NCBI GenBank assembly: GCA_963924565.1
Contig: OZ004615.1
Span: forward strand, 6,882,001-6,946,000
Source: Ascidiella aspersa
Lineage: Eukaryota
Direction of reading: 5' to 3'
DNA length: 64,000 nt
In this document: positions 1 through 13,000 of the stretch, piece after piece
Layout of the letters: each line of letters starts with the position of its first letter
How positions within the stretch are numbered: the stretch's first letter is position 1
The notes under the pieces: generated by a model
Database searches by the model: none
What the model saw: the letters and a program-made list of their open reading frames with translations, nothing else
What the model was told of the DNA's origin: nothing
Program-made: the position numbers and the translations under genes

Positions 1-1741
1 TTTTTGTGCTAAAATCGTTAAGATATCATTCTGGGCCAATTGAAAGTTATTATGGTGACGCTTGCGTAAGCAAAGACACCGTGTCGCTAGTGATCACGTT
101 TTGGAAGTTTTAATGTCGTTTTTAAGAAATGATCTTTTCGCCAGCAAACCTTCCAAATCTTTGGGGCAACGACGATCAAGGATGACGTAACACATTGCTA
201 ATACGCAACGTCACGCATTTCGGCGGCAAGCTCGCGCACGACCGGCGCGGCATGCGAATCCACAAACAAACTCACATCAGCCACCCACAATATAAGAACG
301 CCAGGGCCAAAGCAGACTCCGGCTCGGCTCGCGCGCTCTCCTGTGACGTGATCGCGCACACCTTGTCGACCTTTGACCCCACTGGCGCCCGACGACCTGT
401 GCCTCTCCCTTTCCGACGACCGGCCTGCTGTATGTAGACACGGTGTATAGATATAGGTGACTGGCAGATGTAAATGCGAGAGCTTGCCGGCTTTCCGCCC
501 GTTTCGCTCGTCACCGATTCCGTCCACCCACAACCTGCTGGTGTTGCTGCTGTTTTGTGCCTTTTAACGGCCCCCGCGCCGCCCTTGTGGCTGGTAGGGG
601 GAAGACTGGGGGGGAGTGATTAGCCAGCGGCGGAGGAAATGCCTCCTTTGCCGGTGCCGCTGACGCCGCTGCTGCCTCCGAACTCAGGAATTCTCGGCAT
701 TTGCGCCCGGTTCGACATTCGGTATTGGAGGTTATGTCGTTATAGGCAGTTTTCGCACAAAACATGGTGGTGTATTCATTATTTTTTATTCGCGTAATAC
801 ATCGTTGTGTATTTTTATAAGCACGCATTTATTACTTTTTTTGTAAGTCTGTTTACGAGACGCCTATTTTGCGCTATCTTATACTGACCGCAAACAATGG
901 ACCACTTATACTTCTATAGATGTTTGTTAATTTTGGCCTTTGAAAGAATAAATAATTTTTAACTCAGAAGGAACAATCGCAATGCCTTGCGTAACAATGC
1001 GAAGTGGTTACTTTTAAATAAAAAAACACTTTATGTATGATTTCCTTCCGAAATGCTTAAATTTCCTAAATATTTTGGCATTTAATTTGTCGTAAACTTT
1101 CAAAATTTAACAACTTTCGATAGAAATCGAAATTTAAAGCATATCAAATTTATTATCTGGAAATTATTTGGTCATTTGTTTGACTCGTACAAATTTTAAA
1201 CAAATGCAAAACTCGAGAACGAGTCGAATTTCAATGTGCTGGTCCTCGAGGGCTGTTATGCCATGACGCAATCCTACGATGGGAAATCGACGAAAACGCA
1301 AGTCTCATTTTTTAATTTTCTGCTCTGTTGGCTTTCGTTGGTTTGCTTACAAACAGAAACCCGAAAGTATTGCAACAAAATATGAGCATCGCTCGTCCAA
1401 GTTTCACCCAAAACGATTACGGAAATTGCTTACGTAATGGGTGAAACATTTAGATTTCCTTTCGGCAAAGGTTGTTTACCCATGTATAGCAAGGTTTGAT
1501 GTGATTTCAACCACCATACAGTACACTACTTTGATTTCAAAGTTAAACCACATGACGCGGCTATGCTCGGTGCAAGCAAACGTGTCTTACCACATTACCG
1601 CAAAACCAACTCAAACATGAGGTTATACATTGCACACAATTGCAAAACAGACTGAATCTGAACAATTGGATTGGCTAGAGAACTTTTGCCGAAATGTGTC
1701 TACGCGGTAGTTTTAGGTGTACGTTTTTAAAACTCCACAGC

Positions 1742-1829
1742 TTTTTTATAGGAGTAAAAAATGGTGGACTTAATGAGAGTTCGTCATTTTTTATGGGAGT
1801 AAAATGGTGGACTTAATCAGCGTTTGTCA
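1742..1829 (+). repeat. Tandem duplication, about 44 bp x2
   Basis: TTTTTATRGGAGTAAAA..TGGTGGACTTAAT.AG.GTTYGTCA occurs twice. Confidence 0.8.
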
Positions 1830-1869
1830 AGCAACGCTGTTTTGTTCATAAGTAACACATAGTCTACGG

Positions 1870-2375
1870 CAGTGTTTATCAACCTATGGGTCGCGACCCA
1901 AAGTTGGACCGCCGTTTGAATTGGTTGGGTCGCCGGGTTCAGTATGGTTCACGAGACTAGGTTTTTGAAATTCATTCTGAGCAACATTTTTCCGAAATTT
2001 AAGAAAATTGCGGAAGTAATACGAAAAAGCCCAAATTGCCCTGATAAAGATTTCCCGTATAGTTTATCAAAACGTCGTTTTATTTGTTAATGAAAAATAT
2101 TTGCCGAAAGAGCAATTTTATAGTTGATTCAATGTCTGGCAGCAACTGTATATTCAATACGGAGACATGGCTTAAAATAGTTAAATTAAAACATTTGTAC
2201 GAGATTGTCGTTTGTTATGTTCGCTTACAAAAAGTTCAGTGAAGAGATTTGAGTCGCCAAAGCTTGAATGTTGTACTTACGCTTAGTAGCCAACTTATGT
2301 TTGATTGCGATCGATTGAAATATTTTTTAGAGACTCGCGATTGACTGGTTCAGTAAAAAAAGTCACAAGAACACT
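1870..2375. mobile_element. Degenerate hAT MITE related to the 7569 family
   Basis: The left end CAGTGTTTATCAACCTATGGGTCGCGACCCA resembles the 7569 element; the right end is eroded and its boundary is approximate. Confidence 0.5.
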
Positions 2376-4693
2376 TATTAAACATTTTTAGCGTTAATTG
2401 CATTCCAAGCTAGCGATGGAGGTTGATTTGTTACGTCAAATAACGTTTTATTAGGCTTGTCCAGACAACAATTGAAAATTTTAATATTCCGCTTGTGAGC
2501 GACAGCTGCTGTAATGACGTAACACATATTTCACGCGATCGACGTGTTGCCTACCCCTGGTCTACAGTAATGCGGGGTGTTTTTTCTTTTAGATTTTCAC
2601 GAACTTCCACGGAAACGACATTTAACCACGACTTCCACCCTAAGCAATAAAATACTCGAAGCTCCGAAACCACAGAATCAGCAGCGACAGCAACAGCCCC
2701 TTCGCTTTTCCGGTCCACGCGCGACATAAAGTCGTCACATTAGATGCGCGAAGCCGTGCGCTGTGCGGGTGTCGCCTTACCAAGGCCATCAGAACCCAGG
2801 CGCCGACGATATTGACCCTTGACCCCGGCGGTGCTTTGTGTGCGATGCCAAGGCGTCGCTAGTTCTCCGTTGGGGCGGAAGCGTGCTGACGACTTGGACG
2901 GCTGTGCCTTATTATCGCGTCAACACAGGTTTCGACACCCGGCCCCACTGGGGCTTTCAAGTGGCGCAGGCGCCGCCCCAGGGTCACCCGTTGCCCCTGC
3001 AAGCCCCCATGGGTCCGAGGGCGTATGTCACCCGATCCGCGACGCCTTTCGAATTCACAAACGACCCGGGGCGCCCTGCTGTGATATAAATCTGCCGCGA
3101 ACGCCGGGGTTAGCTTCGCTTGGCTTCAACTACGAGAGCCCGGATTTGGCCGTTTCAGACCGAAGGCGACCAAATATGCAGCGGTGTCGTCGAAGTTCTA
3201 TGTTGCGAAACGCGGAGTTGCTGGTGTTTCTCGGCTACGTCGACTTGATTACACTTAACGCAAGGCAACTATGAGCCATTTAACATTGGAGATATCCGAT
3301 AGTTCGTTTTTCAGTTTAAAACCTTTTCATTTTTTTTAACTTTTGCCTTGATGACCGCTAAAAAAAAAAGGACCGGCAGTGTTGCATCTAAGTAACAACT
3401 GCTAACTCTCAGCTGTAGTGACAAATTTAAGCTATATTTTGAGAGACTGTTTAAGAAATTTGAGAGGCCGTTTCGATTCCTCAAATCACCTTTAAAAATA
3501 CGCTCTACTGTAGTCAACTCACACCCGATATTTCGTCCAAAAATTACAGCCCTATATGATACCAAGTTACGTTACTACTTTACTGAAGTACACAAACTTG
3601 ACTAAATTAAAAGGTTTGCGCTTGTAGGTTATTCGGCCAAAACCCTTTGGCGTTAACAAGCTTTGTTACCTTCCATCGTTATTTTACTTTCAAAATGTTT
3701 TTTTTTTAGTTTTGTATCGGATCGGCACGTAGTTTGGTATCGGATTATTCTACTTTGGTATAAGATTCAAACGAGTACCGATACTACTATTTGGCGTTTG
3801 GTTATCACGTACGATCCGATCATATCGGACATCACCAGTCACGATTTCACGATAGTTAAAAAGTTTTACCAACTGGGCCGAAATCTTATTCCTAAAAACA
3901 GCTCGCACCCACGCGCAAGTAAAAGGCTTTACATTTGCACAATAGAACCGGCACATACACGGGAATCACTTTGCAAAGCGGCGACAGACACATCTGGCGC
4001 CGACCTACACCTTGGCCCGTGACTTTGGTGCGTCATCATAAGCCTATCACGTCGCACCAATGCCACACAAAGTTGCGCCGTCGCCTGCGGGATATAACGG
4101 GGTTTATGGGGGTCATTAGTGGGGACGAGGCACGAGCCGCCAGTACATGAAGTCACAACAAAAGGGGCCTTTCTGTACACATGTGGGGTAAAAGGCTTCG
4201 CCCCATCAAATATTGTCCGTTTGAATTAAGTCTTTACGTATATTTTTTCTCTATCTATGACAGAAAAACGTTGATACCTTATTAACACCGCTGTACCTAT
4301 TCAACACCTGAAGGTGCTAAATAATGCTCCAACTATAGAAACTCCGATTGATAACAATTGCGTCTCACCTTTTAAAAGTGATGCTTGAATTGCTTCTCAG
4401 TAACATTAATTGAAGATGATACAAGCTCGTATCGAAACGTCCTAATCAAAATGATGTCGATCTACTCGGCTTTTTTGGCTTTGTAATTCATTATCATATA
4501 ACAGAAAGAGATTTTTAATTGAAAAAAAAGTAAAAAGGGAATAGGCAATGATGTTCATGAGCTGCATGCCAAAAAAAATACATGCTTGCCAAACTAACTC
4601 TTAAACCCTAACAATCACAATATAGTTGGACAGAAAATGTATAGCTACAGCCTCAAACGTCATTTCAAAGACAAAAGTAAAAAACCCTTCAAG

Positions 4694-5022
4694 ACAGGGG
4701 TTTTAAACTAGGGTCCATGGACCCCTTGGAGCTACATGAACTAGTTTTAGGGGGGTTCATGAAGGCCTAATTGAAAGATTAGTTTATATTGAAAAACTAA
4801 TCACATCTTTAACGAAAAGAGTTTAATAAAAAATAAAACGTTTTTGCACTGAATGTATTTATACTCGGTTTACTTTCACTTTTTTTGGGCCGGAAAGAAA
4901 ATATTTCTGAAATCTATTTATATTGTGACGTAAATTTGTGACGTAATCCCTTAAAATTTCTTGCCAAAACACTGGTCAATGCAAACCAATTTTTTGGGGG
5001 GTAAAAAAGTTAAGAACTCCTG
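4694..5022. mobile_element. Degenerate hAT MITE
   Basis: CAGGGGTTTTAAACT-GGGTCCATGGACCCC ... AGTTAAGAACTCCTG ends; TSD not clean. Confidence 0.65.
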
Positions 5023-7568
5023 CTTTAAGTGGTTAAGAAAACTACTGTGAAGTAATCTTACGCGACAGTTTTATCTAATGTCCTGTTTCCGGTGTCATTT
5101 TTAGCCGCACTTAGCCAATTTGACGCAGAAGTTTCCGCCTTCTCGCTCCGATTTCGCCTAAATTTACGATACCGAGCCTGTTCGAGGGAAGAAAAAGCGC
5201 AGTTGTCTGTAGACTGTAAGGCGACCATAACATGCAAACTTCACAGTTCACACGCGCGTGGGCATACCTTACAAAGCAGCCAAGTGCCTGCTTTACCAGC
5301 AGTGGCGTTACCAGCAGCAGCGGCGTTGTTCAAGGCAACGGTGGGCGGCTGCCGCTCCATATGGTTTATTGTTGTTTATGATTCGCGCGTCAAGACTGGC
5401 GCCAGCCGAACGCGACCACCGGCGCGCTGCGAGGTTTGGCGTAATCCGAACGGCGATTCGTCAGACGCCGACGCCGACTTTGCGGCTTGGCGCTGGCTTT
5501 TGCTACTACTGCTGGAATGATCCCGATGCGAAACGACACATAAAGCCGAAGAGAAACTACTGTACGCCTTGTACGGGTTAAAATCAAATACTTTTGTAGT
5601 GGCCGGGTAACGTTTTTGTAAAGTGCGCAAACAGCCTATACAGTATTTTGCTGTCAAATCCTAAGAAAAACATCATTTTGCAACAACGGGTCAAATAAAT
5701 CCCACTTGGCAATCGATGTCGGAATTTTTATTTTTTTAATTTTTCATAGCCTACTAGCCGTGTATGTCACTTAAAAATTTGTAAATCAGGTTAACAAACA
5801 GATTAAATGTTGAAATGTGCATACTTTCGAGCACGATTTATTATCGGGTCAAAAAAGAAACCCTTTTGCAATGTTTGGCAACATTGCTTTTGGCTATTTA
5901 AAATATGTTTAACATTTCTATAAACAAAACTCAAAACGTAAGGGTAAATGCTGAGTCAATGTATGGACTTTTATCAGTTTTTATTAACTCCGGAATATGG
6001 AAGATAATTCCCCCTTTTCTAAGATTTGTATTAGCCCCGTCAGTCATGATCTAAAAGCGGTGGCATGTCACGAGATTAAACATGATGCACAGGTCAATGA
6101 CGAAAATGGCTTTGAAGATTCACTGGATTTTGGCTTTTCGCAACTTACAACATGTCTAAACCAGAATAAAATGCATGACATTTTGTTTGAATTCAACAAA
6201 TTGTTGGCATTTACAGATTTTACAATATTGCCCCTAGAGCAGACTAGTTTACATTACACTATTATTCTTGTAGGGCCTATTTGTGATATTTTATGGAAAC
6301 CATATATAAAATAGATATATACATATCTGTATTTATTCTATAATCTATATTTTTTAGTTTTTACCTGTTTCATATGAAGTGATTGTATAGCAAAAATGTA
6401 ACTTACATTTCAGGCAACTTCGACCTTGGAATGAAAAGGTCTACCTAGACTTAAAAAGCTTTAAACCAGCAAAGCACAAAAAAACTCTTTGGTTGTAAGA
6501 ATAGTTAGAGGTAAAACGGAAATAAAGTGACTAATGCACAATTAATTTTGAATAATATACAGACCATAAATCTATGCTTGTTAACTTTTATAATATATAG
6601 AAACTTGTGTTATTCTAAACACTTTGCTTCAAACTTACCCCCAGTTTAATGAAAAAAAGACAAACAATATTTCTTTACTTGCAAAGTTAAACATTCGAGC
6701 TAAGGCCCAATAAAGTTCCCATGGAAGTTTTGAAGTCCAAATGCAATCTCTGACCCTTGGGGTCCTTTTCCCACGGAGAAGTCTGCACCCCAGTGGTCTA
6801 ACACAAACGCGTGAACGGTTTGGGTCGAGATGGGAGTTTGCGGTCTCACTGACCTTTCGATCTACGTTGTGTTATTGTAAACGTAACGTATAGCTTGACA
6901 GATGGCCCCAACAGCTGAAAAGGGCGACACGTCACGACCCTTTTGTCTTGTGTTAAGCACGATTTTGTATTTGGCTGAGACGAGTAACAGACTGCCAATG
7001 CACACAACACTACAGACCTGATCGGCGTTGTTTTTTAATATAAAGAGGCAGGGTAAGCGATACACTTTGACCTACATTGGGTTGTTTAGCTGGTGTTGGG
7101 ATTCGGATACGGTAGGAGTATCTTTTTATTACTTATCCGAGGCGAATAATTGTTCTACAGTGATCCTATAGCGGGCTTCCCAAGTGGTCTAGACCATGCC
7201 GGAAGTTGCATAACGAGTTATCGGTCGCGTTCAATTTCACATGAAAGTGGTCTTACATTTACATTAATTGTTTTTTTTCTGAATTTGATACAAAAATTGA
7301 AAGGAAATAAATCATAATCTTTAACTGAGTTGCCTATATGATTTGACAAATGCGTGGAGATAAAGACAAGAAATCACTGTCAAAGGGTCGCGAAAAAGTA
7401 AGGGTTTTAATAAATTCAGAGGGGTCGCAGAACAAACCATGTTCGAAGTCCTGCGCCAATATGCCAACATGCTTTAAAAAAAACGTATTGTATGAAGCAG
7501 ATTGATGCGAATTTGGGCACAATTAATGTTTTTTGTTCTGAAAAGACAAAACACTTTGTCATGTAGAT

Positions 7569-8170
7569 CAGTGGTCCCCATCCTGTGGGTCGCGACCCCA
7601 AGTCGCCTAAAATTTTTGTGGGGTCGCCATAACTCACCATATTCTTGCAGTTTTAGAACGGTTTATGTGTTTTGTTTTCTTTACAATGACGTCACACTAA
7701 ATAAACGTGATTGACTGCGTCTTACAATACATCAAATTGCTGTTTTTAGCTCTTAAGCGCTGCTAAATCAGCTAACGTGACATATTGGGCAACATGGTTG
7801 GCAGGTGTAAGGAGTAGGCTTTATATTCTTAGTTATGACAGCGGATGCAGCAACCGCATTGCTTCGTAGGCCTATACCCCAAGGTTTCATGAAATATTTT
7901 CTTTTAGACTTCGATGCAATCAACGTACCTGACTCTATCAATTTTTGTTATTAAACTACTCATTCAGGTTTTAACCACATGGTATGTGAAGCCGGATTTA
8001 GCGCAATGAGCATAATATTAAAAACGAAACAACGTAATCGCTTGAAAATATAGGGCTTGACATGCAGTTATGCTTATGCAAAGTGGAGCCGCGTTTGCAA
8101 AAACCAGTGGATACTGTATTTTATTTTTATTTAAATTGGGGTCGCTTGTTAAAAAGGTTGGAGACCATTA
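7569..8170. mobile_element. hAT (Buster/Charlie-like) non-autonomous element
   Basis: Ends CAGTGGTCCCCATCC...GGTTGGAGACCATTA with GGGTCGC subterminal motifs; perfect 8-bp TSD ATGTAGAT (7561-7568, 8171-8178). Confidence 0.85.
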
Positions 8171-10001
8171 ATGTAGATCGTTAATATTGAAAATATACAG
8201 TTATTGTTCATGAAAATACCATCAGCAGCAGAACCACTTTCGAAGAAAATTTCAACAGAACAAACGGAAAAACTCGACGCACCAATGTGCGTCGCCCGTC
8301 ACTTGCCCAAGCGTATACCCGAACATGAAAAATGTCCCACGCCCAATCACTCCGCCGCCATACACAACAAACCGGGCGCCCATCTGGCCGGCGAGCGTAA
8401 ACGAGGCCCGTGAAACGAAGATCCGATGTTTGCAGGCGAAATATCGGATTGGCAGCTACCGGTGCTTAGCCGCTTAGCGCGGCGCCTGTCGCTCTGTAAC
8501 AGTGTCGCGCTGAGCCCGCAAATCCGCCTTTTATTTCGGTTTGCCGGCGCCGCCGCTGCTTTGACTGTCCGCTCGATTAATGACGTCGACCTTGAGGGCA
8601 GCGATGTATGCCGACTCTTGAAGGTTTTTTTGGGCGCGACACGTCGAAAAAAAAACAGGATCAGAAATTTTTGAAAGGATTATATATTTCGCCTATACTG
8701 GCATCGTCAGTTACTTAATTCGAATGAATCTTGGATGTGACACTCGGTTGGCCGTCTCTTGGAGGTGTTTTAGGACGCTACATGCCGGTTTGTTATTATA
8801 TGAGCCGAAACTTTATTTTCGGGACATATCTTGTTATCTGCTGTTATTCTCCCCCACAACTTTATTTTTTGTTTTGCTAATTTCAACCACCTAATTGTCA
8901 ACATTTCTCAGTTGCATAATTGCACGCCAGTTTCTGTTGAACACAGCACGCTTAAAGTTACGTGAATTATGGCGTCACATTATAACGTAACTTGTGACAC
9001 CATAAAGTCAATGAAATAATCTCATTTTGTCTAAAATGCACACTTTTTAAAATAGGTCTCACTTTTAGATCATTTGTATCGCATTTTCATTTAGTGAGAC
9101 TTTTTGCACTACGTTTTTCTAGGGTGTTTAATCTATTTTTGTTTCAATGCGTAATTTCTTCTAAAAAATCCAAATTAACTTTAATTGCCGAAATGTTTCG
9201 TTGAAATTTCTTCGGGATTTCGTAATTTAGTAAAACGTTTTTCTAAATAACTAAATAGATGGATTTAATAATTAAACCTAACGGTTCAGTCATTACTTTA
9301 AAACAATATCCAAGTCTCAAGTTTCAGTTCTTGTTTTGTATTTTCGTCGAGCAGCAGAATTAGACAAAAGAAATAGTGAGCAAGAAAGAAAGAAAAACAA
9401 AAAAAAATACTAAAACACATGAAATAAGGACGAGAAAAGGAACTTTGCAATGGACGCCAATAGACTAAAAAGAGGGCAATTTCACTTGGTTTTGCACAAC
9501 AGCAACAACGAGAATAGTATCAGACGGAAAACATTTACCGAACACAACGCATTGTAGCAACACGCGCTTTCAACATACTGTCACATCTTGGCATAGGGTT
9601 GTTTCGCAACTGCATAGCGCACAAAGATACAAATGGGACTGAGCGTCCGAGTCAAACTGCCACATACTAGAAAACTGCCACATTGTAGTTTTAGGTAGGT
9701 TAATTGCCAATAATAGGGCCTTACAATCGAATAGTGGTTTGTTTTGTGTGTTTTCGCGGTTTGTCACTAATATGGAAACAATAACAAATCCTCTTTGCAC
9801 TTACACCAAAATATTTTTGAAAACACCGAAGGAAGGTAAAACACTGCAGAACTGCATTCACCTGATAGCATTGGACGAAATCGACCGGTATTTGTTATCA
9901 AAAGCCGAACGTGAACGGAAACGATAGTAATAGGTTTTACGTGGAAAGTTATGAAATCAAAAATTTAGAAAATAAAAAAATCGGCAAAATAGGATCAAAG
10001 G

Positions 10002-13000
10002 TTAAGACTGGGCAGTGGCTTCTGATTTTGTCATCGCTTCGTTCTCTGCGGACTTGATTGCTTCTATCAGCATCTCCTTCGCCTCGGAGAGCGACCGAAG
10101 CGTGACGTCATCAAACACGTCGCCGGCGTCGTCGACCGTCTCGACGTCCACGTCACCAGCAATGACGTCATCGCTTGTTTCGGCGGCCTGGGGCTCGGCA
10201 GACGAGGAACCGGGATGGTTGCGGTTGGAAACGGAGGTGGGAGAGCCGGGAGTCGATTTTTCAGAAAGAGGAAGACGGAAGTGTGTGTCCTCCTCTTCCT
10301 CCGTGATCTTCTGCTTCTCGTAGTTGACCATCTCCCACTCGATCTGCGCCTTGTTGCTCTTGCGACGGCTGCGCGCGCGGCTTTCAGCCTGCAGAAGTTA
10401 AGGGCGATTTTGAGAAGAGGATTTTCTATACAAGGGGATTCGTTTGGCTGAACGACCTCGGTTGGGGGAACGCTGATTAAATTATCCGATGCATGTGAGT
10501 AGGTGCTCTTGTTAGCTTTCGGTTTTAAAACAGATTAAGGCTGACATCGTCTTATTTTTTTCAGAGTTATACAGTGGTTTCGTGGTTAAAAGCAAGTGGC
10601 TCTAACATAACTCCAACCTAGAAAAATAGCATGTAAAAAACGCCATCTGCCAACCAAAGGTGTTGGACAACGACTCTAATATCGAACGATACGTAATTAG
10701 GAAAAAAAACGTGCTAAACTACGTAAACGCTAAGGACTCAAATATCAACAAATAAGTACTTGAAAAAATCGTGTTAATTTAACAAAACAAATCAAATCGA
10801 ATGCTGAAACCGTATTTACCTGCAAAACGCGCGTGCACTGGTCCACGCCCTGCGGAAAGGTAGTGCTTTCGTCGCGTCCGGCCAGCACCGAGAGGGTGCG
10901 GATGTACGAACAGGCGATTCGCAGGATGGCCAGCTTGGAAAGCTTCTGGTTGCAAGAGTAGCTAGGCACCTGGGCGCGCAGCTCGTCGAACGCAGAGCTG
11001 ATCGTGTGGACGCGGGTTCTTTCCCGGGCGTTGGCGACCAACCGACGTTCCCGGGTCAGATTTTTGTAGCCGGCGGCGCGAGGACTGCCCGAAAGGCCGT
11101 CGCCGCGCATTGGCGAGTCGATGTCTCCCATGTCCAGCGGCATTTCGAGTTGGGTCTGCGGAAGGAAACTGATCCGGTCACCGAAGGAAACAGTGTAAAA
11201 TTGTGTCGCGATATTTTGCTGTTTAAAAGTCGCACCAGGCAATGTTAAATTTACAAATAACGGCCACTGGAAGCTACGGCCTAAGTTACATTCATGACAT
11301 ATGTACAAGAATGACATTCCATTTAATCCCATTTTATGAAAGACAATACGAGAAAAGTAAAAAGAAACAAATAACGCCTGAAAAAAGCTAACATAAGTCG
11401 GTCGAACTCTTTCGGTGTGAAGTTATTCACTCAGGCCAAGTATAGAAATAATGTTGGTGCAAATTTTTTCAAATCAAATAGATACTATGGCCATCCGAAA
11501 ATAATGCTATATCAACGTCCTTTAATTCTCACCTTGATGAATTTCAGAGGCTCTTTTTCGACCTTCTTCAAGACGACGTGATCTTCGGAGTGCTTGGACT
11601 TTTTGGACGGCGTCGATTCTAATAAAAGAATCAAACTTTAAATATGTTTCAAGTTAACCTGGGTAGCAAATGATTGGTAGAGAACCGAAACTGTGATGGG
11701 CGACAATAATACGTAGTTGACGTTAATTAAATTTCTAACTACCTGTTGGTTTATTTTTCCTCTCTTCGCCTCCGCGCCTCTCCGCTTTTCGCTTTTCGGA
11801 GCGGGACGATTTCGGTGTGGTCTTGGATGCCTTGGGGCCCTTCGGTGGGCACGGTTGCTTGGCAGGGGCCGGGACAAGGCGCGCCTCTTCGCGGTTTGCG
11901 GGAAGCGCCAGCGCGGGTCGAACCACGGGAATCGGCCGCTTGACTTCCGTCTGAGTCTTAAGCTGCGTTTTAGCAGCGAGAACAGGCGGGACGTGAAAGT
12001 CAGCCACTGGCGGACTACGTTCGCGCGACTGCTGCTGGCTCTCATGGGAAGGACGCCTGTTGCCCCAACGCTCTCTGGCCTCGTGTTGCTCCCTGGCCTG
12101 CTGGTGCTGCTGCTGTTGGGCGGCTGCGGCAGCCTGGAGAAGCGGGTTGGCAGACATGGCTGGGAAGGCGCCCTGGCCGAGAAACATAGACGAGGTCTGG
12201 AGCTGTTGGAGTGCCTGGATCTGCTCGACTGACATCTGTGGGAACACTGGAAGTCCGAGGCCGGCGCCGGGCAGCATCGACGCCACATTAGCGGCGCCGG
12301 CATGGGCCAGCATCTCGCGCCACAACAGTGGGTTGCTCAGGAATGAGTTGGCACCGAAGAGAAGAGGGTTAGGCGCCGCCGCCGCGGCCATTGGGTTGGT
12401 TTGAGGCATTCCTGGGACAGCGAACGGCATCGACATGCCCTGCATCGCGAAGGCAGGGTTGAAGGCAAAGGGCGAGGAGTAGGGCAGGCCGAAGGGCGAG
12501 TGCGGGGTTTGTCCGGCGTACATCGACATGTAAGGGTTGTTGCTCATTGAGTCGGAATCGGAGGAGGCGTGTCGCGCACGTTTGGCTCCCGACAGCGATC
12601 TTTTCCTCTTCGTGCGATCCTCGGAGGGGGCGGACGACTCGGTTTCGTGGTGGTTACTGCTTGTTTCTGGACCTTTTCTTTTCCGGGAGTTTTTCTTAGC
12701 CCCTGATTCGCGTCGCGACTTGGCAGCGGCCTTGGGAATGTCAGCCACATCAGAAGCATTGTGTTTACCGCAGGTGTTGTTGACGCCGTTGCGGCGGTAA
12801 GCCGTGAATGCGGTTCGCTGTTCAGCGCCTACTTCCACAGGCGCCGTTCTGTCGGCAGATGGAGGCGATACAGCCTGCACACGCGGCTGCTGCGGCTGCG
12901 GCTGGCGTGATTGCTCGTGAAGATGGCGATCACTGTGATTGCAATCACCGCGTGATGATTGCTGCTCCTTGTTCGCTTGTTTGCCATTAGGGAAGTCTCT

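Noticed and set aside
2819-3274. 151-aa ORF, and similar ORFs at 5092-5657 and 14649-15218
   Set aside because: Non-ATG starts, no recognisable homology and no exon chain.
10745-11332. 195-aa ORF as a stand-alone bHLH gene
   Set aside because: Only 11155-10820 is exon; the rest is intron read-through past clear splice sites.
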